Made by a program: the position numbers and the translations under genes | Origin: an uncultured virus (IMG/VR IMGVR_UViG_3300035501_001058) | Lineage: Duplodnaviria; Heunggongvirae; Uroviricota; Caudoviricetes | Virus record (IMG/VR): IMGVR_UViG_3300035501_001058 | Strand: one strand, 5' to 3' | DNA length: 64,000 nucleotides | In this document: one piece after another, positions 19,500 through 29,841 of the stretch | Layout of the letters: every line of letters begins with the position of its first letter | Numbering within the stretch: position 1 is the first letter of the stretch | The notes under the pieces: generated by a model | What the model was told of the DNA's origin: nothing | The model's input: only the letters and a program-made list of their open reading frames with translations | Database searches by the model: none

Positions 19500-20808
19500 T
19501 GTGCTAATTGATGAATTATGCAAAAGAACAAGCTACTTAGCTATGAATGATGTACTAGCAGACACCACTTTACATGATTTGCAATGCGTTGATGTTCTTA
19601 AAATGATAGCAAACAAAAAAGCTTTGGTAATTTATGATACAGGTACTGGTAAAACGTTACTTGCAGCTGCAGCTATGAAATTATTAATAAGAGAAGACCC
19701 AAGTAGAATGTTTATTATGTTTGTAAAGAAAGACCAAATAGTGCAAACTCCTAAAAAATTAAAGGAGTTTGCCGGTCTTTCTTGTGTTGTTACTACAGCA
19801 GATACAAAAAAATCAGTTAATAGCTTTTTACAAAAGGATTTAACAGGTTACAACGTAATAATGCTCACACATAATTGTTTAAATAGCTCAGCTGTTCTTG
19901 AAGCTATCTATAATATACGTAAAAAAATTACAGGAGTAATTATTGATGAAGCTCACGAGTACAATAATTTTAATGGTGCTAATTCATCTGGAGTTTTAAA
20001 GGCTATGATTAGCTCATTTGAGTATGTATGGGGGCTTACTGCAACTCCCATAGTTAGTGACTTAATGCAACTTGCAAGAATTACAAGCTTAATTAATAAT
20101 GAAGTATATCCAAATCCCAAAAAGCTTTATAACTCTTTAATAAATGGTAGCTTTAAATTGGAATATGACCCTGGATTCTTTATCAACAGAAAAGCTTCAG
20201 ATTTAGGTAGATACAGCTCACCACGAGGTTTTGTAATTAGTGTTGAACCACACCCTTATCAGTTAAATTGTAATACCGGAGGTGTTGAATTATTTCAAGT
20301 GTGCAAGGGAGAAGGTGCTTATAACCAAGTGAATGCACTAATAGAACTGATAATTCAAAAAAATAAACTTAATGAAAGAGGATTGGTTTACATTAGCCAA
20401 GGTACTGTGCTTGCATGGGTTATAGAGAATTTAAGTAAAAGTAGTGTAAAGTTTACTTGTATTAATGGTAGTACATCTTTAGAGGAGCGTAGTTTAATTG
20501 AAAAGGATTTTGCTGATGGAAAATTTGATGTAATACTTACATCAATAACAACAGCAGTTGACTTAGATTGTGAATATGTAGTTTTTTATGAATTTACCGT
20601 ATTAGTTAATCAGATGATTGGTCGAGCTCATAGAGGACTAAAACCGAAGAACCTAGAAGTGTACTTTATTATAACTAAAGACACAAAAGAAGAAGATTAT
20701 TTTGTAAATAATATTTATGCAAAGTGTCAAATAATAAAGGAGATCCTTGGAAAGGAAAATAAAGCTGTTGGTGAAATTGCCAACCAGCTAGGGGTAGCAG
20801 ATGATTAG
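19483..20808 (+). CDS. Superfamily 2 (DEAH) helicase
   Basis: DTGTGKT, IIDEAH, GLTAT and QMIGRAHR motifs. Confidence 0.9.
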   Translation: MTWRDNVLIDELCKRTSYLAMNDVLADTTLHDLQCVDVLKMIANKKALVIYDTGTGKTLLAAAAMKLLIREDPSRMFIMFVKKDQIVQTPKKLKEFAGLSCVVTTADTKKSVNSFLQKDLTGYNVIMLTHNCLNSSAVLEAIYNIRKKITGVIIDEAHEYNNFNGANSSGVLKAMISSFEYVWGLTATPIVSDLMQLARITSLINNEVYPNPKKLYNSLINGSFKLEYDPGFFINRKASDLGRYSSPRGFVISVEPHPYQLNCNTGGVELFQVCKGEGAYNQVNALIELIIQKNKLNERGLVYISQGTVLAWVIENLSKSSVKFTCINGSTSLEERSLIEKDFADGKFDVILTSITTAVDLDCEYVVFYEFTVLVNQMIGRAHRGLKPKNLEVYFIITKDTKEEDYFVNNIYAKCQIIKEILGKENKAVGEIANQLGVADD

Positions 20809-22414
20809 TGTTAACGTTATAGAAGATGAAGATTTACAAAATGTTTTAAAGAAGTTTTTAAGTAGTCTATTGCCACATAAAAATTTTGATGCATCATTTT
20901 TTAGTAATGTGCTAAAAAGTGTATTTAAATATGTGCACTTAGAAGAGTTATCAATGGAGTATTATATTCTGTTTAAAATTCTAAACGATTTAAACAAGAT
21001 TAGGAGTTTACATGCATCATACATACCAAGTTTGACTAGACCTGTTTTACATGATGTAATTACAAACTCCATAGGAGATGAAATAACAAATCCTCAATTA
21101 GGTGTAAAGTCTTGGTTACTATATGAACATCTTGATAATAACTTAGAGGTAGAAACAATTAGGCAGGAAGCTTGCACAAAAGTATACAGCAGGTGCATGG
21201 AATTGTTTGATGAATGTATGGAGATGGCAGAGCCATCAAGTACAATTCTTAATAATTTACCAGCACTAAAAGCTGCATTTATTTCACATGTATGTAATCA
21301 GTCTTTGAATGCACAGGCAAGAATTATACAAGGTTCATATAGATTAGGAAGAAAAGAATATGCTGGTTACACAGATTGGTTAGATTATACATCTCGTATG
21401 GTTGCTGAGTTAAATGCTAGATTGAATAGTGCAGAAGATGATAATGTTATTGCATTAGATTCATTTGATAAAGCCAGCACATTATTAAAATCTCTAAATG
21501 AGATGTTCGTACCAATAGCAAGTTATGGTATTCCTGAGATAGATGGTGAGGATGCTTACAATGGTACACCAATGATGCGTCATCGTTTTGTAGTAGTAGT
21601 TGGTAATGAAAATATTGGTAAATCGATGTTTGCAAAAGACCAAGCTATAAACTTAATTCTTGCAGGAAATAAGGTTTTATATATGTGTGGTGAAAATGCA
21701 ATTAATAAAATGTATAGTGAGTTATTAGTAAATTATATTTATAAGAAATATCAGTACTTTGTAACTCCAAGTCACATTCAGCACTTGGAAGATTGCCCTG
21801 AGCATATCAGAAAGGTCATTAATTTAGCTGTTGCTGAGTTAATTGATACGGGCTCATTGATTCTTAGGAATAGTTACTCATACGATAATTTATATACAGA
21901 GCTTGTTACTGATTATGATCAGTTTAAGTTTGATGCAGTTATTATTGATCATAGCTTTGCATTAACTGGTGGATATGACGGTGACAATGGTAAGAGGAAT
22001 ATTGATAAGTTAGCTGAAGATATGAGAAATTTCAGAAAGTATTATCCTATATATGCGTTAGTATTGTCGCACCCTTCAACAGCTGCAAAAGACGCAATCT
22101 CTAAGGATAAGACTATAGAATATTCAGCTACTAAAGGAAGTACTAATCTATCTACTGATGCTGATGATGTTTTTGTTTTAAGAGATAACGAGACTTTGCG
22201 TAAGGAAGGCCTAATTGCTGTAGAAAATACAAAACGTAGAGATGCTGACAGAATTAACAATAACATAATTCTACGAAAAATGTTTGAGGTTAGCCATTTC
22301 GAATATGATGAACAATATCAAGCGAAAGCCTCTAGTTTATCTGTAGAAGCTGATGCAGCATTAAAGAGTTTAGAGGAGTTCTACAATGTAGGGTCAGATG
22401 AATTTACTTTATAG
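20801..22414 (+). CDS. DnaB-like (SF4) replicative helicase
   Basis: GNENIGKS, YMCGEN, VIIDH, LSHP, KGSTNLSTDADDVFVL and KRR motifs in SF4 order. Confidence 0.75.
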   Translation: MISVNVIEDEDLQNVLKKFLSSLLPHKNFDASFFSNVLKSVFKYVHLEELSMEYYILFKILNDLNKIRSLHASYIPSLTRPVLHDVITNSIGDEITNPQLGVKSWLLYEHLDNNLEVETIRQEACTKVYSRCMELFDECMEMAEPSSTILNNLPALKAAFISHVCNQSLNAQARIIQGSYRLGRKEYAGYTDWLDYTSRMVAELNARLNSAEDDNVIALDSFDKASTLLKSLNEMFVPIASYGIPEIDGEDAYNGTPMMRHRFVVVVGNENIGKSMFAKDQAINLILAGNKVLYMCGENAINKMYSELLVNYIYKKYQYFVTPSHIQHLEDCPEHIRKVINLAVAELIDTGSLILRNSYSYDNLYTELVTDYDQFKFDAVIIDHSFALTGGYDGDNGKRNIDKLAEDMRNFRKYYPIYALVLSHPSTAAKDAISKDKTIEYSATKGSTNLSTDADDVFVLRDNETLRKEGLIAVENTKRRDADRINNNIILRKMFEVSHFEYDEQYQAKASSLSVEADAALKSLEEFYNVGSDEFTL

Positions 22415-22441
22415 TAATAAAAGAAAAGTGAGGCATTTAAA

Positions 22442-22708
22442 ATGGATAATATGCAGTTTTTCGATAATAGGGAAAAGGATGAAGTACAACTTCAATCTTT
22501 ATTAGCTGAATTTAAAGAAGAGTTACAGGATAGAAAGGACATTCTATCCTGTAACAGATACAAATGGATGTCTGGTTTTATAGAAAGTCCATGTAAAGAT
22601 AAAGCTTTAGTTATACACGGATACTTAATGGGAATACATGATAGTGGAGTTAATGTTGGTTCTTTATCTGGTTTAATGTCAAAAATAATTATAAGTTTTG
22701 ATCTTTAG
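22442..22708 (+). CDS. Hypothetical protein
   Basis: GAGG RBS; starts MDNMQFFD. Confidence 0.65.
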   Translation: MDNMQFFDNREKDEVQLQSLLAEFKEELQDRKDILSCNRYKWMSGFIESPCKDKALVIHGYLMGIHDSGVNVGSLSGLMSKIIISFDL

Positions 22709-22724
22709 GAAGAATGGTGATGAA

Positions 22725-23423
22725 ATGATATACATAACAGGTGATACCCATGGGAACTTTGACAGAGTAGAGAGTTTTTGTGAAAAATTTGAAACATGTC
22801 GAGAGGATGTACTTATTATTCTTGGGGATGCAGGGATTAACTACAATGGATACACATATGATAGAGTAAAGAAAAAGATGTTGGAGGAACTTCCGATTAC
22901 AATATTTGCAATTCATGGTAATCATGAGCGGAGACCTAGTACTATTGAATCATACAAGGAGCAGTTGTGGAATGGCGGAACTATTTACTATGAGGAGGAG
23001 TTCCCACATATTTTATTTGCAAAAGATGGTGAAATATTTAACCTTGATGGTAAGAAAACAATAGTTATAGGAGGAGCATATAGTGTAGATAAAGCATACA
23101 GGTTGACATATGGTTATCATTGGTGGAAAGATGAGCAACCTTCTGAGGAAATTAAGCAATATGTAGAGAAACAATTGTCTACAGTAGATTGGGAAGTTGA
23201 TGTTGTCCTTAGTCATACAACGCCATTGAAGTACGAACCAGTCGAAGTGTTTATGGCGAGTGTTGATCAAAGCAAAGTTGATAAATCAACAGAAATCTGG
23301 CTTGATAAAATTGAAAATCAATTAGTATATCAGAAATGGTATTGTGGACATTATCACACTAAAAAGAAAATTGATAAGTTGGAAATTATGTTTGAAAACT
23401 TTGGAGAGTTTAGTTTACTATAG
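22725..23423 (+). CDS. Calcineurin-like metallophosphoesterase
   Basis: GDTHG, LGDAG, GNHE, SHT and GHYH motifs. Confidence 0.9.
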   Translation: MIYITGDTHGNFDRVESFCEKFETCREDVLIILGDAGINYNGYTYDRVKKKMLEELPITIFAIHGNHERRPSTIESYKEQLWNGGTIYYEEEFPHILFAKDGEIFNLDGKKTIVIGGAYSVDKAYRLTYGYHWWKDEQPSEEIKQYVEKQLSTVDWEVDVVLSHTTPLKYEPVEVFMASVDQSKVDKSTEIWLDKIENQLVYQKWYCGHYHTKKKIDKLEIMFENFGEFSLL

Positions 23424-23481
23424 TTAATCATAGCTAATTAATAAAATAATAATACTACTGTTTCATTTAGTAAATTAAATG

Positions 23482-23490
23482 TGATATAAT
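23482..23490 (+). promoter_or_regulatory. Extended -10 (TGnTATAAT) sigma-A-type promoter upstream of fic
   Basis: tgatataat in intergenic DNA about 90 bp before the start codon. Confidence 0.5.
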
Positions 23491-23579
23491 AGACATAACT
23501 TAAATAAAATTCTGTTAAAGATTTAGATAAGGAAAGTGTAATATAGATTATATTAGTAGATAAAAGTGAGGTATAAATA

Positions 23580-24359
23580 ATGAGCTATGAAAATGTAGTT
23601 AGATGGTGGCAAGATAGGGATATAAAAACTGGGGATGATTTAGAGGTTGCTCTGAACAACTTTAGCATTGTCTTTGCTACAAATTCTAATTGTATAGAAG
23701 GTAACAAATTAAATTATCACACAACAAGGGAAATTTTTGAGGGTAAACCTTTGGTTAATTTTACTGGTGACCTACGGGATATATTTGAGGCTCAAAATCA
23801 AAAGCTTGCTGCTAATTTTATTATTGAGAGTTTTAATAGCAAGCAAGAAATAGATATTGACTTCATTTTAAAATTGCATTCAATTTTGCTATATGGATGC
23901 TATGATAGCATTCGGTGGTCCAAGGGTGAACGACCAGGTACTTTTAAGGTAAATGATTATGAAGTCGGTATTAGTGGAGTAGGTTCATTTCCTGATGAAG
24001 TAGAAGAGGATCTCAAAGAAATATTATATGAACTAGATAATAATAAAGAGTCTGCAGATATTCTTATGAAAGCTACTTATCTACATGCAAATTTTGAGAG
24101 TATACACCCTTTCGCTGATGGTAATGGTAGAGTAGGGAGAACTCTGTTAAATTATTATTTATTACTTAATAATTATCCTCCATTGATAATTTTTTCTGAG
24201 GATAAAGACACATACTACTTAGCATTAGAGGTATTCGACCGTACAGGAGAACTCAAAAATTTTAAATTATTTTTGCAAGAGCAGACATGTAAGACATGGA
24301 AGTTAAAAAAAGATAAATCAAAAGAAATGAGTATTAATAAATATTTAGATTGCTTTTAA
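23580..24359 (+). CDS. Fic-domain protein (AMPylase), class II-like
   Basis: Canonical HPFADGNGRVGR; N-terminal SNCIEGN inhibitory-type motif. Confidence 0.92.
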   Translation: MSYENVVRWWQDRDIKTGDDLEVALNNFSIVFATNSNCIEGNKLNYHTTREIFEGKPLVNFTGDLRDIFEAQNQKLAANFIIESFNSKQEIDIDFILKLHSILLYGCYDSIRWSKGERPGTFKVNDYEVGISGVGSFPDEVEEDLKEILYELDNNKESADILMKATYLHANFESIHPFADGNGRVGRTLLNYYLLLNNYPPLIIFSEDKDTYYLALEVFDRTGELKNFKLFLQEQTCKTWKLKKDKSKEMSINKYLDCF

Positions 24360-24414
24360 TAATGAATTAAGCTGAGTATTTAAGCTAGAAATTAGCATAG
24401 ATTATGATAATAAA

Positions 24415-24446
24415 TGGGAGATACACAACTGTATCTCCCAATTTTG
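24415..24446 (+). terminator. Intrinsic terminator
   Basis: Perfect 11-bp stem tgggagataca/tgtatctccca followed by T-rich sequence. Confidence 0.75.
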
Positions 24447-24720
24447 TTTATAAAAGTTTATTAGCGTAGCATTATGTGTTATTTTCATAGATTTTAATAA
24501 TCAATTATTAATCTAAGTGTACACATGTAATTTTGTCTTTGTTTAAATCTAAAATATTGTCAATCTAGAAAAACCTAAAAATACAGTAGTTTTCTTTATA
24601 TATTATTATAAAAGTAATAGTAAAGTATGCTGTTATCTAAACAATCAAACAAAATTAAATAATTCTAGTTTAGAGAGGTATTTCATTACTAAATAATACA
24701 TTTAGTTAGGAGAAGAGACC

Positions 24721-25338
24721 TTGTTTACTTTATTCAAAAATAATAATAGTAATATTGTGTTTAAGTATAAAGGAAGAACATATAAAATTGATGAATCTAA
24801 GTGGAATACAGCTAAAGCTAATAAGTTCTACAAGAAAACAGGTTTGTCCACATTTAGGGAGCAAACAGGAAATAGAAATCTTGTATTTTATAATCCAAGT
24901 TTATATGAGATTCGAGGAAAAAATGTAGAATACTTAAAATATGTTGGTCCAGTTAATGACCCAATAGAGCAACCTTTAAATTGTAGTTCATTATACAGAA
25001 TGTTCGAATTTGATTTTCGCATCAAACATTTGAATTTGGAGAATTGGGAAATATCTAAGGTAGTGTGTTTTGATGAAATGTGTCAATACTGCTATCATTT
25101 AAAATCCGTAGTATTGAATGTAAAACAGATTAGTAAAGCTTGCACTGTACATAGTATGTTTAAAAAATGTACTTTACTTAAGGACGTGAGTTTTATGAGA
25201 TGTAAACTCCCAGAAAATTTTAGTGCTGATGATATGTTTTATGGCTGTGATAATTTACACAGTAAATTTCCATCGGCTAGTGAAGATGATATTCTGAGAA
25301 TAATTATTCTAAATGGTTCAGAGGAATCTATGATTTAA
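24721..25338 (+). CDS. Divergent BspA/DUF285-type repeat protein
   Basis: FREQTGNRNLVFYNP...YLKYVG...PLNCSSLYRMF aligns with the N-cap of the 31.9-36 kb paralogues; degenerate MFxxC repeats. Confidence 0.7.
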   Translation: MFTLFKNNNSNIVFKYKGRTYKIDESKWNTAKANKFYKKTGLSTFREQTGNRNLVFYNPSLYEIRGKNVEYLKYVGPVNDPIEQPLNCSSLYRMFEFDFRIKHLNLENWEISKVVCFDEMCQYCYHLKSVVLNVKQISKACTVHSMFKKCTLLKDVSFMRCKLPENFSADDMFYGCDNLHSKFPSASEDDILRIIILNGSEESMI

Positions 25339-25356
25339 ATAATGGAGGTGTTATAA

Positions 25357-25929
25357 ATGTCTACAGTTACAATGTTAACTATAATACCTAAAAATGTGGC
25401 AGAAGGATTAACGGGTAAGACTAAAATAGAAAATTTTAATAACTTACCTCAGCTACGTAAAGAGGTATTAGGAGTCTTACGTGAATTTGTCAGGGACGAG
25501 ATTGGATTTGAATCTATGCCCTTAGCGGGTTTGTGTCAGCGACGAGATTTAAATGGAAAAGTTCTCATAAAGAAAGATTTCGCAGATTATATTCCAGTTA
25601 ATGCAAAAGATAGTGTATTGCTTATACTTGAAATCCCTGAAGATCAGATTGTGTCTATCAATTATAAGACATTGTTGGATATGTCTGAGAAAATTGAAGA
25701 TGCTGCTGATGATCGAATGGAGGTTGAGTACTTAAAGGATAGTTTATATGAGTCCTTAAGATTAGGCCCAAGTACAGCAAGTAATGATATTTCATTCATT
25801 CCTTTTCTTGATTGCAAGAAGTGTAAATATTTTGCTGTATTTAATTCTCAGCTTGAAGCAGATAAATCATTTAATATACCTGGTGTTAATAAAATACCTA
25901 TGCAAGAGCTTACTTTCTTCAACAATTAG
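25357..25929 (+). CDS. Hypothetical protein
   Basis: GGAGG RBS; ends QELTFFNN; followed by a hairpin at 25943-25969. Confidence 0.7.
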   Translation: MSTVTMLTIIPKNVAEGLTGKTKIENFNNLPQLRKEVLGVLREFVRDEIGFESMPLAGLCQRRDLNGKVLIKKDFADYIPVNAKDSVLLILEIPEDQIVSINYKTLLDMSEKIEDAADDRMEVEYLKDSLYESLRLGPSTASNDISFIPFLDCKKCKYFAVFNSQLEADKSFNIPGVNKIPMQELTFFNN

Positions 25930-26141
25930 GGCAAAAATCCAGAGACGGAAAAATAATAAATTTCCGTCTTTGTTTAAAAATTTATCTAAAAGATTGAGTT
26001 TGTTCTGAAATAAACATAAATCGCTGAATTTCTTGATAAATGGATAGAGACGAAAAAACCATAATTCTCTTTTTTGGTATTTATAACTAAGTACAAATAA
26101 GAAAGTAAGTAGTTAATACGAAAGTGAAGGAGGTTATTAAA

Positions 26142-26324
26142 ATGGTGTTGGATTCAGTAATTTGGAATAGTGGAGCGGAAAGATACTATGATAATAAAAC
26201 TGATAAAACTTATCATTTATCAAGGGCTATTACAAAAAGTAATGGAAGCATTAGTGTTCCTGTCTCAAGGCATGGAATACTATTAGGAGTTGAAGTAATT
26301 TATGTGAAAGGTGGAATAAGATAA
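26142..26324 (+). CDS. Small hypothetical protein
   Basis: AGGAGG RBS before ATG at 26142. Confidence 0.55.
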   Translation: MVLDSVIWNSGAERYYDNKTDKTYHLSRAITKSNGSISVPVSRHGILLGVEVIYVKGGIR

Positions 26325-26659
26325 TGAAGATAATGAATAGAATTATAGAATGGTTATACAGTAAAATGGCTATGGATAACATAGAAGCAGAAGATATGGA
26401 AGATGATGAAGTATACAAAAAATACGAACTAAGGGTTACTTTTGAAGTTGCTGCTAGTAATGAAGCTACAGATTTAGCAGCCCTTAAAAGATCTATTATT
26501 AATAAGCTCGATCATGATTATTGTAATAGAGAAATCTATTTTGATAATTATGAAATAAATGAAATAGCAGCAAGTGGCATTCCAGAGATTATTCCATTTA
26601 ATGCTGCTAATAGCAAAGTTGTCTTTGAGGATGTCAATGACTTAACTATAAATTCTTAG
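26324..26659 (+). CDS. Hypothetical protein
   Basis: Stop/start overlap with the previous ORF. Confidence 0.6.
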   Translation: MKIMNRIIEWLYSKMAMDNIEAEDMEDDEVYKKYELRVTFEVAASNEATDLAALKRSIINKLDHDYCNREIYFDNYEINEIAASGIPEIIPFNAANSKVVFEDVNDLTINS

Positions 26660-26686
26660 GGAGGGTAATACCTCCCTAATTTTGTT
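26656..26686 (+). terminator. Intrinsic terminator
   Basis: ttagggagg/cctccctaa stem followed by T-rich tail. Confidence 0.7.
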
Positions 26687-26715
26687 TAAGGGTAAATGAT
26701 GAAAGGAGCACTTCT

Positions 26716-27528
26716 ATGAAAGTTTATGTAGTTAATGGTTCCGGTCGTGTAGGAAAGGACACATTTGTAGACATGTGCATAGAAAATTTAGAGAAGGCTG
26801 GCTTAAAAGCCAGAAAATACTCTTCGATAGATTATATTAAAGAGATAGCAGCTTTGTTAGGTTGGAAAGGCAAAAAGACGGATAAGGACCGGAAATTTTT
26901 ATCCGATTTAAAATTGTTGAGTAGTGAGTACAATGACTTACCTTTAGAGAAATTAAGGGAGTATTATGCTGGAGGGTTAAAACTCGATATAGATTTTATT
27001 TTCTTTATGATCAGAGAACCAAATGAGATAGCGAAAGCTGTAACAGAATTCGGTTCAGATACCATTTTAGTTACAAATACAAATGTTGCAGAAATAACAA
27101 GTAACACGGCAGATGCTAATGTTTTGAATTATTGTTATGATTATGAAATTTACAATAATGGCTCTTTGGAGGAATTACGTGCTAAATCACAATGCTTTTG
27201 TAATATGATTATGAAAACAGATTCTTTGTGTTGGAAAAAGAAGATGTCTGTTAAAAATGATAATACAATTTATGAACTGTGGAAAGGTGAAGATTTGTTA
27301 TTTTCAATAAAGAGTAGAATATCAAATGGTCTTACATATTACTACACTGTATTGCCTAAGGATGCACCCGCAAAGAGTAAATCAATCTTCAGAGATGTAG
27401 CTGTATTAGAATCAAATGAGAAATATGGTTGCATTTCAGATACAAATGTCATGAGAGTGGTTCGTTATAATTTACTTCATGATTATAGAAAGCAGATTCT
27501 TAATCCTGAAATTATAAATAAGGAGTAA
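26716..27528 (+). CDS. P-loop (deoxy)nucleoside monophosphate kinase-like protein with extra C-terminal domain
   Basis: N-terminal VVNGSGRVGKDT, IREPNE and DYEIYNNGSLEEL resemble phage-type dNMP kinases. Confidence 0.7.
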   Translation: MKVYVVNGSGRVGKDTFVDMCIENLEKAGLKARKYSSIDYIKEIAALLGWKGKKTDKDRKFLSDLKLLSSEYNDLPLEKLREYYAGGLKLDIDFIFFMIREPNEIAKAVTEFGSDTILVTNTNVAEITSNTADANVLNYCYDYEIYNNGSLEELRAKSQCFCNMIMKTDSLCWKKKMSVKNDNTIYELWKGEDLLFSIKSRISNGLTYYYTVLPKDAPAKSKSIFRDVAVLESNEKYGCISDTNVMRVVRYNLLHDYRKQILNPEIINKE

Positions 27529-27532
27529 TAGT

Positions 27533-27679
27533 ATGAGTAATGTCAATATCTTAAATAAGCAAATAGAACTAATTTTTTCTTACTGGAATGGAGATGTTTC
27601 TGAAGAAGAATTTGATAAACAAAAATTATTTAATGTCAGTGAAGAGACTGATAGAGAAGCACAACTTGATGCTTGTTAG
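27533..27679 (+). CDS. Small ORF (48 aa) absent from the ORF track
   Basis: AAGGAG RBS; MSNVNILNK...AQLDAC*; fills the gap between co-oriented genes. Confidence 0.5.
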   Translation: MSNVNILNKQIELIFSYWNGDVSEEEFDKQKLFNVSEETDREAQLDAC

Positions 27680-27694
27680 TGAATAGGAGGTTTA

Positions 27695-27889
27695 ATGTAT
27701 AAGTGTAGTAATTGTAACAATGTATTTGATTTTCCTGATATAAGGCCTCTCGATTGTGGTCCAGTTTATGCCTATGGAATACTCGGACCTGTTAAAAATA
27801 ACACAGTTAATTTGTGCCCAGAGTGCCTATCAGAGAAAATAGAAAGGAGAAATTTACATGAAAAATTATGTATTGAAAAAGGACGGTAA
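27695..27889 (+). CDS. Small Zn-ribbon protein
   Basis: MYKCSNC...CPECLS; AGGAGG RBS. Confidence 0.65.
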   Translation: MYKCSNCNNVFDFPDIRPLDCGPVYAYGILGPVKNNTVNLCPECLSEKIERRNLHEKLCIEKGR

Positions 27890-28106
27890 GGAAATAGAAC
27901 TAAATGAAGATGACATGCTGAAAATACATCAGTACTATGAAATGCAGAACACAGCAGATTATGTCAGGGATAACTATGAAAAGCTTAATGAAGAGCAGAT
28001 ACAGAGAATTGCAGCATGGACAAGAGAGCTAATGTTGAAGAATTTAGATATTAGTGAAGAAGATGCAATTAAAAATGTAATGTCAAATATGAATTGTTTT
28101 GAATAG
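27858..28106 (+). CDS. Small hypothetical protein
   Basis: AAGGAG RBS; ends SNMNCFE. Confidence 0.65.
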   Translation: MKNYVLKKDGKEIELNEDDMLKIHQYYEMQNTADYVRDNYEKLNEEQIQRIAAWTRELMLKNLDISEEDAIKNVMSNMNCFE

Positions 28107-28189
28107 GGGGAGATGATTATGACTATTGCAATAGCAGACGGTGATAATACACCATTAGATAATTTTCTAAAGAACTCATTAAAATCTAA

Positions 28190-28432
28190 ATGGGAAGTGT
28201 GTATCCTCCTATAAGAAACGGTAAACCATGCAGTCCAATATTAAGTCGTTATAATGATGGAAGTACAATAATGAACTATACCTGCGTATTATGCAATGAA
28301 TCACTGTGTCTATACAGCGCAAGTTGGCAGATACCAGAAGAGGATAAAGAAGTATGGAAACAATATCAGAAAGAGATTGCTGAATACAATGAAAAGCATG
28401 CTAATTTAATAGGTGTTAAAGAAATGAGGTAA
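28190..28432 (+). CDS. Small Cys-containing hypothetical protein (start uncertain)
   Basis: ORF track; the best RBS lies upstream at ~28106-28119 in another frame. Confidence 0.45.
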   Translation: MGSVYPPIRNGKPCSPILSRYNDGSTIMNYTCVLCNESLCLYSASWQIPEEDKEVWKQYQKEIAEYNEKHANLIGVKEMR

Positions 28433-28439
28433 AGATATT

Positions 28440-28664
28440 ATGACTATGAAAGAGTTTTTAAATTATTGTTCTGCATGTGGTGGTAATTGGGGTGCTATGT
28501 TGTTAACAGGTATTAAACGAGTCTTCCCAGAGGAATACAATGATGTGTGCAAACAATACGATAGTATCCCATGCACAGGAGGTGGAATACATAAATTTGC
28601 ATTTCTGTGTGAATGGTTAGATAAACATGGAGTTAAATCTGAAACAGATAGTGTTAAGGAGTGA
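28440..28664 (+). CDS. Small hypothetical protein
   Basis: GAGG RBS; CSACGGNW motif. Confidence 0.6.
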   Translation: MTMKEFLNYCSACGGNWGAMLLTGIKRVFPEEYNDVCKQYDSIPCTGGGIHKFAFLCEWLDKHGVKSETDSVKE

Positions 28665-28668
28665 TGAT

Positions 28669-28854
28669 ATGCAAACTTACGTACTTAGAAATAGAAAAAC
28701 TAAAGAAGTATGGGCAGGTGAAGCATGGTCTCTAGAAGCAGCTAAAAAATATATTGCATTTTGTAGAGGTGATACCCCTGATTTATGGGAAGATACTTCT
28801 GATTTGGAATATGAAGAATACATGGAAATTATACATGAGCTGCAAGCATTTTAA
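28669..28854 (+). CDS. Small hypothetical protein
   Basis: AAGGAG RBS before ATG at 28669; ends HELQAF within a hairpin. Confidence 0.6.
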   Translation: MQTYVLRNRKTKEVWAGEAWSLEAAKKYIAFCRGDTPDLWEDTSDLEYEEYMEIIHELQAF

Positions 28855-28927
28855 TACAAAGTGTTGTAGCTTTTTTTGGTCTTAATAAGGCTGTGCGCAT
28901 CTACAATGTTTAGTAAGGAGTGATATA

Positions 28928-29641
28928 ATGAGAAATGAATGTAAAATAAGTAACATGTATGTAATGGGAAATGAATATAAAATAGCTAATATACACGCAA
29001 AAGTAATACAAGATTTAATAAATGGTACAAGAGAGTTAAGTCATATTAATAACTTTAGAGAGTTAGATGATATTATTAAATATCAACGTTATTCTGAAGA
29101 ATCAGAAATTGTACAATTTCTATTAAAAAATAATGTTAATATCTTACCTTGTGGTAATGATGAAAATATTTTGCCAGAAGAATGTGATTTAAGAAATAAT
29201 GTTTTGATAAGAGAGTTCATTAATAGTAGAAATTATTGCGAGTTAAGCGAGTATATACGGCTTGAGTTTTATATGATAATTAGGCTTGGAATGGAGAAAA
29301 CAAAATCAAATAAAAGATTTTTTAGATTTTGTCAACTGATGACTAGCGATTTTATATGGGAAAATTATGTCATAAAACGTAATTTTCAAGAGCAAGAGCC
29401 ACAAAAGAAGTGGTTTGAGTTTTTGAATGAAAAAGACAATTTAGACACTTACATAGATAAGTATAAGCAGGCTAATGAAAACAGGTGGGAATTTATAAGT
29501 CCATGTATCAAAGAGTATTGCATAGGTAAGACAGAATTTAACATAGTAGATAGTCTATTTGGATTAGATGACTTAATTGTAGAACAATTTCATTTTTATT
29601 CGGAATATATTTCTGCTTCCTTATCCGCTATGTCAGAATAA
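28928..29641 (+). CDS. Hypothetical protein
   Basis: AAGGAG RBS; 237-aa ORF. Confidence 0.65.
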   Translation: MRNECKISNMYVMGNEYKIANIHAKVIQDLINGTRELSHINNFRELDDIIKYQRYSEESEIVQFLLKNNVNILPCGNDENILPEECDLRNNVLIREFINSRNYCELSEYIRLEFYMIIRLGMEKTKSNKRFFRFCQLMTSDFIWENYVIKRNFQEQEPQKKWFEFLNEKDNLDTYIDKYKQANENRWEFISPCIKEYCIGKTEFNIVDSLFGLDDLIVEQFHFYSEYISASLSAMSE

Positions 29642-29841
29642 ATTAATATACTCTTTGCTAAAAAATTTTCGTCATTAATACAAGTACACAATAGTGCATA
29701 ATACATTATCAGTATCATCTATTTGTAGATTAGAATATAGCATTGTAGTTTTGTAACTACTGTATTGAGTAAGAGGAGTATAAAAGCTCCTCTTACTTTT
29801 AGAAAAAGTAATTTATGACTTAGTAGAAAGGACAGATAATA

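Noticed and set aside
25784..26008. 74-aa + strand ORF overlapping the end of 25357..25929
   Set aside because: Out-of-frame overlap, no RBS, and it runs through a terminator hairpin.
28119..28432. Possible frameshift joining a 31-codon ORF at 28119 (good RBS) to 28190..28432
   Set aside because: No paralogue in the window to confirm it and no clear slippery site; cannot be supported without a homology search.
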